A DNA stretch of 51,382 nucleotides from a virus. Lineage: Duplodnaviria > Caudoviricetes. This document shows positions 16,728-26,454 of the stretch, one piece after another. Made by a program: the position numbers and the translations under genes. Location of the stretch: IMG/VR virus record IMGVR_UViG_3300030060_003808, positions 1 to 51,382 of that record; one strand, written 5' to 3'. The stretch's first letter is position 1, and each line of letters begins with the position of its first letter. The notes beneath the pieces are model-generated. The model was not told where the DNA came from. It worked only from the letters and a program-made list of their open reading frames with translations, and did no database searches.

Positions 16728-18884
16728 CTAGCTAGACTCCGCATTGGTAGAGAAAGCATCCATCATCTTATACATAAGATCCATGCCTCTTTCTCTGTTC
16801 TCTTCAAAACTAGGAACCAAACTGATTATGCCTTTTGGATCCATGGCCATATCATAAGAACCAGCGCCTCTGACCGCTTGGCCAGTCATTACAAATTCGC
16901 CGTCTGATAGCATGGCGGGTATATCGTCACTGGTTTCTGTGCCTGGACCATTGATGTCGCCATCCATTCTTGGAAACTGACTCGGATCCATGCCGCCACC
17001 TTCTTGCATTTGCACAGCTCCGCCTTGAGCGTAAGCCATAACTGGACCGCCGTACATCATAGCTGGCATAGAGGCAATGCCTTTTTTTACATCGTCAATT
17101 TCTGATTGTTGTATCAAATTTCCACTTCGCGGCCTTAACTGCCTAACTATTTCTTGTTCCATTTCTTGATTTGTAAACATTGAACCCGACCTCTGTTTCA
17201 ACATTTGCAAAACTGATCTTGCTACTTCATATTCTGGCGTGTTTTTTAATCTTGGATCTTGTTCTGCTCTGATAATAAATTGCATTGCAGCTTCTTCTGT
17301 TGAAACACCAGGATTGACAGCTCCACCTTCTTGTAAACCCCTAGCCATTCCGCCTGTAAGATCTTCAACAGCTCCGCCGTACATCATACCAGCCGGTTTT
17401 CCTCCAGATAGCTCTGGTATTGTGCCTTCCGGCAATAAACCAAACTCAACAGGATTTGGTGCGGGTTGTCCCATTCTTCTAGCGATCTCAGCTTCTATGT
17501 TGTATCGCCCGGTAGGGCTCTCCATAACCATAGGCGTCAGAGGTACGCCTTTTTGTTTCTTCGCATCTTCATAAGCCAGTTTACCTAAACCAGCAGCCAA
17601 AGCGCCAATTCCAAGATCTTTAGCAAACCCACCAAGACCGCTGCCACCGCCGCCGCCTAGTAAACCACCAAGACCGCCGCCGACTTGACCTTGGCCTTGA
17701 CCTTGGCCTGTCCCTAAAAAGAAATTTCTTAATTTTGGCCCAAGTGTTCCACCAAACATTCCGGTTTCCGCTACTTGATTCTCTGGCATTGCAAGATAAG
17801 CGTCGATTTTAGCAACGTCTTCCATATTTCCAGAAGCAAGAGCTTGTGCTCTGGCTTGCTCTAATTGTGTTTTTACTTGTTGTTTTGCAATCGATTCTGG
17901 ATCAGAACCCGGTCCCCCAGCATAATAATCTGGAGCACCCGCTAAACCCGAAAACGGACCGCCACCGAAAAGACCAGCTTTTGTAGTAAGCGCACCTTTA
18001 ATACCACCGAAACCGCCAGCTGTGCCTCCCGCTATGGAAGATATGCCGGGTATGCCAAGATTAGCAATCCCGCCCATAACAGTGCTGCCTATTTTTCCTA
18101 AAGCTCCACCGATGCCAGGTATTTTTGTAGCCAATCCGCCAATGCCGCCTAAAACACCGCCCAATGCTGTGCCAACACCGGGTATCAACATAGCTACTGG
18201 CGCAACTTTCTTAACGACTTTCTTAATGCCTTTGAATATCTTTTTGAAGAAACCAAACTGTTCTAGGCCTGTTTGTGGGTTTAGACTTGCAATACCCATG
18301 CCGACCACGGCTTCTTCTGGGTTGATGTTAAACTCTCTGAATTTTCTTTCTAATGCGCCTTCAAACTCGTCGTCTTCCATAAACTCGGGCGGTATTACTA
18401 TCTCGCCAGGTCGTAAATGCGCCAATGCCGTGTCTTCTCCGGTGCCAGCTGCTTTGAGCTGTTCTGCCAATGGTGCCATGGGTGCCATTTGTTGAGCTGC
18501 GGCCTTGCCAAGCAATTCGTCCAATCTTTGCCTAGTTTCCTCATCCATCTCATCCATGGGATCTTGGTCGCTTGGCATTGTGGACATACCGCCTTCTGGC
18601 ATTACATTAAAAGCATCTGGATAATTCATTTGTGGTGGAAGACTGTCCTCTGGAACCAAATCTTTTTCCATGTAAATGCCCTCGGCTCTGTCTTCTATTC
18701 CATTTTGATTAAAGTCCCTAAACTCCATGGTTTTCCTCATGCCGGGAACCATTCCAGTAGGCAGTGCAGAACCACCGATCAAACGTGGATTTTCTTGAGC
18801 CTTTTTCATCATCGTCGCGAAACGATCGGAACCTACGCTCGGTAATTTATAAACTTTTCTTAAACTGTCTTCAAGTGCACTCAT
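16728..18884 (-). CDS. Putative internal virion / ejection protein
   Basis: DTALAHLRPGEIVIP, SLNPQTGLEQFGFFKK and GPGTETSDDIPAMLSDGEFVM motifs; five xxGG motifs. Confidence 0.6.
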   Translation of the reverse strand: MSALEDSLRKVYKLPSVGSDRFATMMKKAQENPRLIGGSALPTGMVPGMRKTMEFRDFNQNGIEDRAEGIYMEKDLVPEDSLPPQMNYPDAFNVMPEGGMSTMPSDQDPMDEMDEETRQRLDELLGKAAAQQMAPMAPLAEQLKAAGTGEDTALAHLRPGEIVIPPEFMEDDEFEGALERKFREFNINPEEAVVGMGIASLNPQTGLEQFGFFKKIFKGIKKVVKKVAPVAMLIPGVGTALGGVLGGIGGLATKIPGIGGALGKIGSTVMGGIANLGIPGISSIAGGTAGGFGGIKGALTTKAGLFGGGPFSGLAGAPDYYAGGPGSDPESIAKQQVKTQLEQARAQALASGNMEDVAKIDAYLAMPENQVAETGMFGGTLGPKLRNFFLGTGQGQGQGQVGGGLGGLLGGGGGSGLGGFAKDLGIGALAAGLGKLAYEDAKKQKGVPLTPMVMESPTGRYNIEAEIARRMGQPAPNPVEFGLLPEGTIPELSGGKPAGMMYGGAVEDLTGGMARGLQEGGAVNPGVSTEEAAMQFIIRAEQDPRLKNTPEYEVARSVLQMLKQRSGSMFTNQEMEQEIVRQLRPRSGNLIQQSEIDDVKKGIASMPAMMYGGPVMAYAQGGAVQMQEGGGMDPSQFPRMDGDINGPGTETSDDIPAMLSDGEFVMTGQAVRGAGSYDMAMDPKGIISLVPSFEENRERGMDLMYKMMDAFSTNAESS

Positions 18885-19192
18885 GTTATGCTCACTGTGA
18901 CACTACCTAAACTCATTGTAGCAGATAATCCAGTCAAGTATGTTTGATGTTCATACAGATTTCTAAACTCTGTTCCATCAAAGGCTTGGTGAACCTCTAC
19001 TGTAGAATTAAATATAATCGCTCCAGTAGCAAATTGCAATTCACTAATCTCGGTCGAATTATAAATTTTTATTCTATCTGGATCGACTGCGCCCAGGTTA
19101 ATCTCTAAAATTCTTACCAAACGATTGAAAGTATCTGCTGTTACACTCTGACCATCTGCGATTGGTAGCCTAGTTGGTAATAACTTGCTCAT
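18881..19192 (-). CDS. Virion structural protein (hypothetical)
   Basis: Coupled ORF following the tail hub gene. Confidence 0.55.
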   Translation of the reverse strand: MSKLLPTRLPIADGQSVTADTFNRLVRILEINLGAVDPDRIKIYNSTEISELQFATGAIIFNSTVEVHQAFDGTEFRNLYEHQTYLTGLSATMSLGSVTVSIT

Positions 19193-21091
19193 TTACCTTC
19201 TCCCCGACGGCTGTATTTCTACTCTTGTGCTACCCAATCTCCATTTATAGTTTTTTCTGTCTGTTTCTGCGTTATCATCGTCGGACTCAAACCTAAAAAC
19301 AAATTGTCTGCCCCTGGATCTCAATGATCCGTAAGTGGTGCTGGATGTGATCTGCGTGGTTGAGTCTGTTGTGAGTGTTTGATTACTAAAGTCTCTTCGT
19401 TTTACAACGATATTCACGGCAGCATTTTGACTGGTTCCGGTGTCATTGACAAAAAGTATGTCCGGCAGAATACGTTTCAAAAATGCAAATCTATCGCCAT
19501 CCGATATATCAATGTCGGCAGATTCAATAAAAACACCATCCATTGAGCTCGTATCATTGTTGAATCCTTTTTCATGCTCATAAATGTATTTAGTTGACGA
19601 GGCTTCTCCAGCCGATAAAGGTTTATTGAATACGCCAGCTGACAACCAAGCATATCTCTCTAAAGATCCGATGCTCCACAAATTTTCTTCATAATTGTAA
19701 ATGACATATCTGGATATTTCCGTTCCGCTATCTGTCAAAGATGGATAAAAAAACCAAACTTCTGAAAACTCTTCGTTTAGCCCAGCAAAGCACTTATATG
19801 CTTGGCCTTCATCCAAATCACCAAAAACATAGTCTTGGACAGAACAAGGCAATTTTTGTACTGCGCCATTGTAAAAGTAAAACCCTTTTTTAGACATGTA
19901 AAATACGCCTTTCGCCGAGTTCACCGCTGCCTTTGGTCCAATCAATCCAGCGCCTTCGTTTATCAAATTCATTGCAAAAGTCAGTGGCGGCCCAATAAAG
20001 TTCATCGAATATAAAGATGTATCGGTCCAAATAAGAATTTCTTGTCTTGCTTTTAGGCCGCCAACAATCGATGAACCAGAAGATAAACGTAAAGATCCAG
20101 CCGTATTTGTAGTCAATGGTTCAAACTCAAGTTCGTTTTCTTGGTCACTAAATGCCACCAACATTGGATCAATGGTTCCTGTTCTGGAGCTCCCACTGAT
20201 CGGATCAGCACCCAATACTATCAAATGTCTGTCGGTTTCTGAGGTAATCACTTGCAAACCTTGAGTGGGCACCAAGTTTGCACCAGAAACAGAGGACAAT
20301 TTTGCTGCCCTAGTGCTCAAGCCATTATTCTCAACCCAACGATAAATGTCGCCACCACGAGGATTTATGATTAAATTCTCACCGAAATTATCGTGTGTCC
20401 AAAGCCTTAACTGATTTGTGTTTGATAAACTAGTGGATGATCCAAAACCACCAGCTCCCCAAGTACCAACACCCCAACCTGTAGATTGCACATAAACATC
20501 CAAACCAGAATTGACCTGGTATGCTGCATCTGTAGCAGATCCACCATTGCCAGAATCATTTGCATTGGCGGTTACTGTAGCTCCAGAGGTATCTTTAGCT
20601 GTGATTTTATAAGTGTTAGTGCCTGTTACAACATCAATCTGATATTCTTGGTTTAAAACCGCAGCTGTAATATTACCACTTACGCCTAATGCTACGGCGC
20701 TACTAAAGGTAACAAAATCACCAGCGACAGCTCCATGACTCGCATCTGTAACAGTAAGAGTAGATTCCCCGTCGGTCGCAGCGAATGTAGCTGCATTGGT
20801 CGTGTCTTTACGGATAGGCGTTACATCGTTGTATGTTCCACCTTCTTCAATGTAATACTTGTTTGTGGTGCCGATACCTAAATATTTAGCTCCGCCCAAT
20901 GATATCCAAGAGTGCAAAGCTCTAGCAGAACCAATTAAAGTATCGGAAGAATATTTTTCCCAGCCACCAATCTTTTCTGCGCGGCCTTTGCGGAAACGAA
21001 TTTTGTCGCCGTCAACCCAACCGCCTTCGTTTGAGTAATCGGTTTCTTCTTTGTTTATTCCTGGCTTAAAGTTTAATTTGGTCAGAGGCAT
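19193..21091 (-). CDS. Tail hub / stabilization protein (P22 gp10 / T7 tubular B-like)
   Basis: FKPGINKEET.Y..EGGW.D.DKIRFR.G..EKIGGW N-terminus, beta-propeller-like body, C-terminal WRLGSTRVEIQPSGRR. Confidence 0.75.
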   Translation of the reverse strand: MPLTKLNFKPGINKEETDYSNEGGWVDGDKIRFRKGRAEKIGGWEKYSSDTLIGSARALHSWISLGGAKYLGIGTTNKYYIEEGGTYNDVTPIRKDTTNAATFAATDGESTLTVTDASHGAVAGDFVTFSSAVALGVSGNITAAVLNQEYQIDVVTGTNTYKITAKDTSGATVTANANDSGNGGSATDAAYQVNSGLDVYVQSTGWGVGTWGAGGFGSSTSLSNTNQLRLWTHDNFGENLIINPRGGDIYRWVENNGLSTRAAKLSSVSGANLVPTQGLQVITSETDRHLIVLGADPISGSSRTGTIDPMLVAFSDQENELEFEPLTTNTAGSLRLSSGSSIVGGLKARQEILIWTDTSLYSMNFIGPPLTFAMNLINEGAGLIGPKAAVNSAKGVFYMSKKGFYFYNGAVQKLPCSVQDYVFGDLDEGQAYKCFAGLNEEFSEVWFFYPSLTDSGTEISRYVIYNYEENLWSIGSLERYAWLSAGVFNKPLSAGEASSTKYIYEHEKGFNNDTSSMDGVFIESADIDISDGDRFAFLKRILPDILFVNDTGTSQNAAVNIVVKRRDFSNQTLTTDSTTQITSSTTYGSLRSRGRQFVFRFESDDDNAETDRKNYKWRLGSTRVEIQPSGRR

Positions 21092-21120
21092 CGTTAGATT
21101 CTAACATATCCTTGTTGACC

Positions 21121-21549
21121 TTATGCTAAACGAATAATAGCGTTTGAAGCATCTGCGGTTGGAAAGACAACTGTAAAGTCACCAGCTGTCGATGTTTTAT
21201 CTGCGCCGAAATCAATCGCACAAACCGCTTTGTCTGATTGTGTATCGTTGTAGATTAAACAGCCTCTAGCTGTAACTGTTGCATTGCTGAACGTCAAATC
21301 TGCAAAATCACAAAAAGCCGTTGTGCTAGATGTGGTTGGCGTGACATTCGTTAAAGCGGCTCCGCCAGCTGTATAATTGGTACCAGTCGCTTGCCCTGTG
21401 GTGACATACGCTGTTGTCCCAGCTCCCAAAGTAGCCGAGCTTGTATATAAAGCCAATTTGAAGCTGTTTCCACTTGAGTTGGTAAAATTGTGAGTTCCAA
21501 CCAACAATTCTTGTTTGAAACTTGTTGCTATTGCCGATGTAATTGCCAT
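21121..21549 (-). CDS. Virion structural protein
   Basis: SFKQELL.G.HNF...FKLALYTSSA, YTAGG, DFGADKTST.GDFTV motifs. Confidence 0.65.
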   Translation of the reverse strand: MAITSAIATSFKQELLVGTHNFTNSSGNSFKLALYTSSATLGAGTTAYVTTGQATGTNYTAGGAALTNVTPTTSSTTAFCDFADLTFSNATVTARGCLIYNDTQSDKAVCAIDFGADKTSTAGDFTVVFPTADASNAIIRLA

Positions 21550-21837
21550 TTAAAGCTCCCTCAATATTTTAGCCATGTCTTCATGGCCCTGTTCTTTTAA
21601 TAAATTGGCATAAGTTGTGTTCTGTGACTTAATCGCGTTCTTTATTGTATATAAGATTACAGTATAAACTTGGTTTTGAAAAGCACGAGCTTGTTGTTTT
21701 ATATGATCGGGTGCACTATCTGATATATCACATATCTTTTTTGTGGCCTGTGCAGCCCAAAATTCAGCATCGTGCCCCTTATATTCTGTGGTTGAAACAG
21801 AGACATTCCCTAAAACAAAATCACCTTCTACGCTCAT
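21550..21837 (-). CDS. Hypothetical protein
   Basis: 95-aa ORF in the operon. Confidence 0.65.
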   Translation of the reverse strand: MSVEGDFVLGNVSVSTTEYKGHDAEFWAAQATKKICDISDSAPDHIKQQARAFQNQVYTVILYTIKNAIKSQNTTYANLLKEQGHEDMAKILREL

Positions 21838-21839
21838 AT

Positions 21840-22559
21840 TTATCCTTTGTATGGCTCTGGAGGCACCACGTCTTCATTTATTTTCAAACCAAGCTCTCCG
21901 AGCTTGTCATTGATTTCGTCAAAGGGACCAATAATAAACTTGCCCTCGTGTGGTATGGCAACCAAAGGTTTATCGAGCCTATGAAAACCATAAAGTTTCT
22001 CTGTGGCCGGAACATTCGAGTCTAAGACTGTGGATCTACCGCTGATCCCCACTAAAATGTCAGCACTCATACATTTGCTGATCCAAAACTCAACACAAGC
22101 CCTTCCAGCCTCCGCAAAGTGCATGTTCTCTTTGTATGAAAAATCAATGCCATAAAGATCGATTCTCCCAACCTTATTCCACAAAGCAAATGCGATTGTA
22201 TAAGCCACAGTCGTATTCAAGTATGCACATTTTGTGTCATTGCATACTTCTTCTACCGGGTATAAGACTGGATTCTTTATTCTGGGATCGAGCTCGCATG
22301 TGTAAACTGGCTTTTCAGTTTCGTCAAGTAAACGACACATAACCGAAGTTTGTTTCCCAGCATCGTCCGAATCATAAAATCTGCTTGCTGGATCCAGCAT
22401 AAAAATTCTATCACATGGGTATGTGGCCGCAGCTGAGTTGATGCACCAAATTTCATCCCATTCTCTTCCGTTTTGCAAACCGATAGCAAAATCAACCTGG
22501 GAAATCCCTAATCCAACTATTGCTACTCTTTTGCCTTCTAGTGACTCTATGCGATCCAT
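21840..22559 (-). CDS. Sialyltransferase/MptE(DUF115)-like Rossmann-fold protein
   Basis: RVAIVGLG.S, EIWCIN, DRIFMLD, TVAYTIAFAL, IDLYGIDF. Confidence 0.5.
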   Translation of the reverse strand: MDRIESLEGKRVAIVGLGISQVDFAIGLQNGREWDEIWCINSAAATYPCDRIFMLDPASRFYDSDDAGKQTSVMCRLLDETEKPVYTCELDPRIKNPVLYPVEEVCNDTKCAYLNTTVAYTIAFALWNKVGRIDLYGIDFSYKENMHFAEAGRACVEFWISKCMSADILVGISGRSTVLDSNVPATEKLYGFHRLDKPLVAIPHEGKFIIGPFDEINDKLGELGLKINEDVVPPEPYKG

Positions 22560-23203
22560 CAGCTCACATTAGAGCGGACTGAATCGTATCGATACTCGTC
22601 GCGGGTGCCACGACCTTCTGAGGTATTTTTCATTCTACCTACCGCCTCCTTAAATCTGCCCTCGAGCTGGGCAACGACATCGGCGGGTTCTTTTAAAAAG
22701 ATTGCACCTTCCACTAAAGAGCCATACAACAAAGCATCCGGATAATCCGTTGATAAAAATGTTGTACCGCTGTCACTACCATCTGTGAGGGAATTTGGTT
22801 TGTTTAAATAATGCAGCTCAACAGTATAATCCGCATCCGGTAGCGGAGACACCTCAAAAGCTGCTTCGTCAAATAAAGAGTAATACTTAGGCGTCGCACG
22901 AGTCGTGCCCGAAGAATATTCTTTAATAAATGACGGGTGTTTGAAATCTAAATAATCGTATGTGCTTGAGCTGATAATAGCCAAACTCATTGGCGCATAA
23001 AAATCAGTTGGTGTTGCTAAAAAACGATTTCCTGTTGTCAATGTGCCCTGGACATTCTTTCTTTGCTCTGGGAGCTGCACAAAAGAGAATATACGATCCT
23101 CAGACTCTTTGATAAAAGTCGGTAGTTGTGTTGTAAAAGTAGACTCAGAAACCTCAAGATAATCTTGAATTGCTGTTTTTAATGTTGCGTAGGTAAAACT
23201 CAT
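22559..23203 (-). CDS. Head-tail adaptor / tail tubular protein A-like
   Basis: TYATLKTAIQDY, PKYYS, P.PD..Y.VELHY, PDALLYGSLVE. Confidence 0.7.
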   Translation of the reverse strand: MSFTYATLKTAIQDYLEVSESTFTTQLPTFIKESEDRIFSFVQLPEQRKNVQGTLTTGNRFLATPTDFYAPMSLAIISSSTYDYLDFKHPSFIKEYSSGTTRATPKYYSLFDEAAFEVSPLPDADYTVELHYLNKPNSLTDGSDSGTTFLSTDYPDALLYGSLVEGAIFLKEPADVVAQLEGRFKEAVGRMKNTSEGRGTRDEYRYDSVRSNVS

Positions 23204-23511
23204 GTCGTTACTGTAACCTCACCGACGCTTGTTGTCACAGAAAATGTGTCCAGTACAGCGCCTAGCTTGCCGTCGCCCACATTTGTATAAACCAAAAATT
23301 TTGTGTTGTCTTCATCGACGTCCGGTCTTGCATTTCTAATAGCCTGTGGATCATTTGGTGAATTTTTTGGCATAAGCTGTGGATGTTTTGGGCTCCATTG
23401 ATCTGGTCCTACAAGTAGTCCGTCCCAAGTTTTTTTCATGTCCTGGAGCTTGTAACGAAAACCAGTTATGTCACAAATTCCGTAAGAGTATTTTCCAGAT
23501 GCAAAAGCCAT
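23200..23511 (-). CDS. Conserved virion-associated hypothetical protein
   Basis: GICDITGFRYKL..MKKTWDGLLV...KHPQL...DPQAI.NARP. Confidence 0.6.
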   Translation of the reverse strand: MAFASGKYSYGICDITGFRYKLQDMKKTWDGLLVGPDQWSPKHPQLMPKNSPNDPQAIRNARPDVDEDNTKFLVYTNVGDGKLGAVLDTFSVTTSVGEVTVTT

Positions 23512-24206
23512 TACGCGCTGTTATAACTTCTCAAGTTAGGTGAAATATTAAAAGAAGATCGATCTTCGTCTTGTGCCAAGGCTCTAGCAAATTCGTCTTC
23601 ATACAAGGCTTTCAACATTTGTGTTCTGTCTGGAGCTCTTTTCAATGATATGTAATAAGCTAGGCCAGCTGCTAAACAAGGATAAAAACGAAACGGCATA
23701 TCAAGTGTATTAGCCCCAGCATCCGCATCATCCATTCTAGTAAGCACGTTCATGTAAATAGTATAGGTGCTGTTTTTATCTGGTGCGGGCCACACAGAAA
23801 TAGTTGGCGTTAGCTGTTTATTTACAAAAAACTGATTTGGCTTCCCGGTTGTTGATTTTGTGGTTATGTGAGAATACTCCGCTCTGCTTAACCTGGACAT
23901 TGGAAGATCTGTGGCCTCAGATCCAATAGTTTCTCTTATAAAGACATCCAAAACATCGATTGCGGCTGTTCCATTGGTGCTGTCAACATTGTATGTGGTT
24001 GTATCTTTAACCATGGCCACAGTTTTCTCTTTAATAGACCATTGGTTTAGGCCGCGATTCGACCATTCTGCTAACATCAAATTTAAGCTCCTGGTTGCCG
24101 TTTTTAGATCGTAACCAGTTCTGAGCTCAATTCCGCAGCGCTCAAATGCCTCTTCGACGTAATCTGCTACATCTAGTTCAAAATTTTTGCTTCCCGAAGT
24201 TGCCAT
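23511..24206 (-). CDS. Head-tail adaptor (P22 gp4-like)
   Basis: EEAFERCG, RSLNLMLAEWSNRGLNQW, WPAPD, PFRFYPCLAAGLAYY. Confidence 0.7.
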   Translation of the reverse strand: MATSGSKNFELDVADYVEEAFERCGIELRTGYDLKTATRSLNLMLAEWSNRGLNQWSIKEKTVAMVKDTTTYNVDSTNGTAAIDVLDVFIRETIGSEATDLPMSRLSRAEYSHITTKSTTGKPNQFFVNKQLTPTISVWPAPDKNSTYTIYMNVLTRMDDADAGANTLDMPFRFYPCLAAGLAYYISLKRAPDRTQMLKALYEDEFARALAQDEDRSSFNISPNLRSYNSA

Positions 24207-24208
24207 AA

Positions 24209-24904
24209 TTACTCTTTTTCAATATCTTCATCTGGAGCGTATAGATTGTCAAATGTTATTATCGGATCTGTATAGCTCTCATGCTGCTCCGCAGAGTGAA
24301 CCCATTGCGAAGGCGAAAAATCCGGTGCGCCTTCACCAGTCCTCCATAAAGCTGGATTTGTGGCTCTGACTCTATTATTAGGCAGCGCAACAAAATTACC
24401 AGTCCAGGGACCAGCATCAGTCAAGTATAGCACATGAGATTGTTTGTGTTGAGCTGGATCATCCGCGATTGAATGTTCGGTATAATCTACTGTAAACATG
24501 TATTTACCCAGGTAAAATTCACCGCCTATTTTACAATACCAGGGGCTTGAGCTTACCCGATCTAAAGAAACCACGCTGTGATGGTGGCTCAAACAGTCCC
24601 AAGGCTGCGCTAAATGGTCTTCCATAGGCTCTGGCCATTCTTCTAAAGGAATATCGGCAACAAGCGCTTGTATTGGCATCCTGGCCCACATAGCCCCGCC
24701 ATGCACGTTTTGATCTGTCGAATCTTCTAAATCGGTTTCACAGCCTGTGAAAACCACTTGGAAAGACAGGGATCTGTCCGGGATTGTGTTTACTGCAAAT
24801 GCCAAGGCATGCAGATACTCACCATGATAGTTTTGGTGATTTGATGTAAATTCTCTTCTTACCCAGCATTTAAACTGAGGAATGTTTGATATTAAATACG
24901 CCAC
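24209..24904 (-). CDS. Conserved phage hypothetical protein
   Basis: 231 aa, Trp/His-rich (GGAMWARMPI, AQPWDC, QHKQSH, ALPNNR). Confidence 0.7.
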   Translation of the reverse strand: MAYLISNIPQFKCWVRREFTSNHQNYHGEYLHALAFAVNTIPDRSLSFQVVFTGCETDLEDSTDQNVHGGAMWARMPIQALVADIPLEEWPEPMEDHLAQPWDCLSHHHSVVSLDRVSSSPWYCKIGGEFYLGKYMFTVDYTEHSIADDPAQHKQSHVLYLTDAGPWTGNFVALPNNRVRATNPALWRTGEGAPDFSPSQWVHSAEQHESYTDPIITFDNLYAPDEDIEKE

Positions 24905-24927
24905 AATATTTAATTATATTAGTTAGT

Positions 24928-25101
24928 CTAAATGTTATAGTCGCCGCCTCTAGTCGCTGCACCCATGCCTCTTGCTACACCTCTCTTCTTGACAGGTCCA
25001 CCCTTAGACATATATTTGGTGCCTTTCATCTTGCCACCTTTAGCCATGTATTTGGTGCCTTTCATCTTGCCACCTTTAGACATATATTTACTTTTTTTCA
25101 T
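24928..25101 (-). CDS. 57-aa basic protein with tandem KYMxKGG repeats
   Basis: Not in the track. MKKSKYMSKGGKMKGTKYMAKGGKMKGTKYMSKGGPVKKRGVARGMGAATRGGDYNI; SD AGGAG; 36-bp tandem DNA repeat. Confidence 0.8.
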   Translation of the reverse strand: MKKSKYMSKGGKMKGTKYMAKGGKMKGTKYMSKGGPVKKRGVARGMGAATRGGDYNI

Positions 25102-25102
25102 T

Positions 25103-25399
25103 TCAGCTCCTACCGAATAATCCCATGTTAGGTTTTGATCTTATCATACCACCTCTGGCCGCAAAAGTTTTGACATTGGTTGGCTTTCCACCAACCCCTT
25201 GTTTTTTGGCTCTTTTTCTTTTGACCGCAGATTTTCTTTGTGATTTTGTCATGCTGGCCGCTTTTGCAGCTGGCACACATTTTGGATATTTTCTTTTAGA
25301 TTTTTTTGCTTTAGGTCTGCCGCACTTTTTAAATCCACCGCCTTTCTTTGGGGATCCAATATCAACCCAATCTTCTTTAAACCACTTGGTTAAGCTCAT
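25103..25399 (-). CDS. Small basic protein
   Basis: MSLTKWFKEDWVDI...KYPKCVP; Lys/Arg-rich. Confidence 0.75.
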   Translation of the reverse strand: MSLTKWFKEDWVDIGSPKKGGGFKKCGRPKAKKSKRKYPKCVPAAKAASMTKSQRKSAVKRKRAKKQGVGGKPTNVKTFAARGGMIRSKPNMGLFGRS

Positions 25400-25743
25400 T
25401 ACGCTCTAGGCACTTTGGTTTTTTTGCGCTTTGATTCCATCATCGCGCCACAACCTCTGCCTTGGACCATCATTACAGAGCCACCATTTTTCATGTAGCC
25501 CATTTTATTACGGACTTTCTTTGGTAGTTTTGACAATCCTTTATTTTTAGATGGCACTGCTTTTAAACTCATCTCTCCTCCAGTTGCTTTTTTGGCGCCT
25601 TTATATTTGCCGCCCATTTTTTTGTATTCTTTAACCATATAAGCATTGGCATAAGCAGACGGATAAACATCAAACTTAGCTTTCGCTTTGGATTTTGCTT
25701 TTTTATATAGACTTGGATTTGCTACGTTTTTTGGAATTGCCAT
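25399..25743 (-). CDS. Small basic protein
   Basis: NPSLYKKAK...PSAYANAYMVKEYKKMGGKY...RGCGA. Confidence 0.75.
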   Translation of the reverse strand: MAIPKNVANPSLYKKAKSKAKAKFDVYPSAYANAYMVKEYKKMGGKYKGAKKATGGEMSLKAVPSKNKGLSKLPKKVRNKMGYMKNGGSVMMVQGRGCGAMMESKRKKTKVPRA

Positions 25744-25749
25744 TCTTTA

Positions 25750-26043
25750 TCACCAATTTTTACAAGACCAATATCCAGCTGTAAAAACATCCTTTTTCTT
25801 TTGGACCGAATCGCAATTATGCCTGGCCCTAAAACTTTTTTTACGAGCTGGTTGGCTTTTTTTAATTGTCATTTTTGGATCCCCATATCGAACAATTTTT
25901 ACCTGGTCGCCTTTTTTAGCCAAGACAGCAAATTTTTTGTTCTTGCCTGGAGTCCTTTTTTGTTTGTTGAAACCAGAAAAAGTTTCCCCGCGGTAGGAAA
26001 GCCTACCGCTGGGAGATCTTTTTACATCCTTCGTAGTCGCCAT
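25750..26043 (-). CDS. Small basic protein
   Basis: KIVRYGDP.M...RKKSFRARHNC...AGYWSCKNW. Confidence 0.75.
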   Translation of the reverse strand: MATTKDVKRSPSGRLSYRGETFSGFNKQKRTPGKNKKFAVLAKKGDQVKIVRYGDPKMTIKKSQPARKKSFRARHNCDSVQKKKDVFTAGYWSCKNW

Positions 26044-26444
26044 TAATAGTTCTTATTAAGAACCAAAATGATTGTGTAAGCATCGCCGCTACTGTGTCCA
26101 ACAGTTGTTAAATCAATGTCTCCAGTTACTCCGCTTCCAGCATTGTTCGGAATACCAGTAAATAAATCATAGTATTCGTCCCCGGTGCTGTCAGCTGGCA
26201 AGTGTACTAAAAGGACATTGGAAGTTGCATCAAATTCTAATTTGACGCTCATACCAAGTGTTACCCAATAGATTCTTGCTACTGAAACAGAGGTGCATGT
26301 TTGCCCGGCACTGTTTGTTGCCAGGGCAGAAACATCTACTTTTTTAACAGCTGATTCACCAGTGCCATCAGAGACATTGGTGAATTTCAGTATGGCAGTC
26401 TTCTCACCATCTTGGATAGTTTGTGAAGTTACTGCATCAGCCAT
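26043..26444 (-). CDS. Virion structural protein
   Basis: MADAVTSQTIQDG...KFTNVSDGTGESAVKKVDVSAL; beta-rich. Confidence 0.6.
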   Translation of the reverse strand: MADAVTSQTIQDGEKTAILKFTNVSDGTGESAVKKVDVSALATNSAGQTCTSVSVARIYWVTLGMSVKLEFDATSNVLLVHLPADSTGDEYYDLFTGIPNNAGSGVTGDIDLTTVGHSSGDAYTIILVLNKNY

Positions 26445-26454
26445 AATCTACTCC

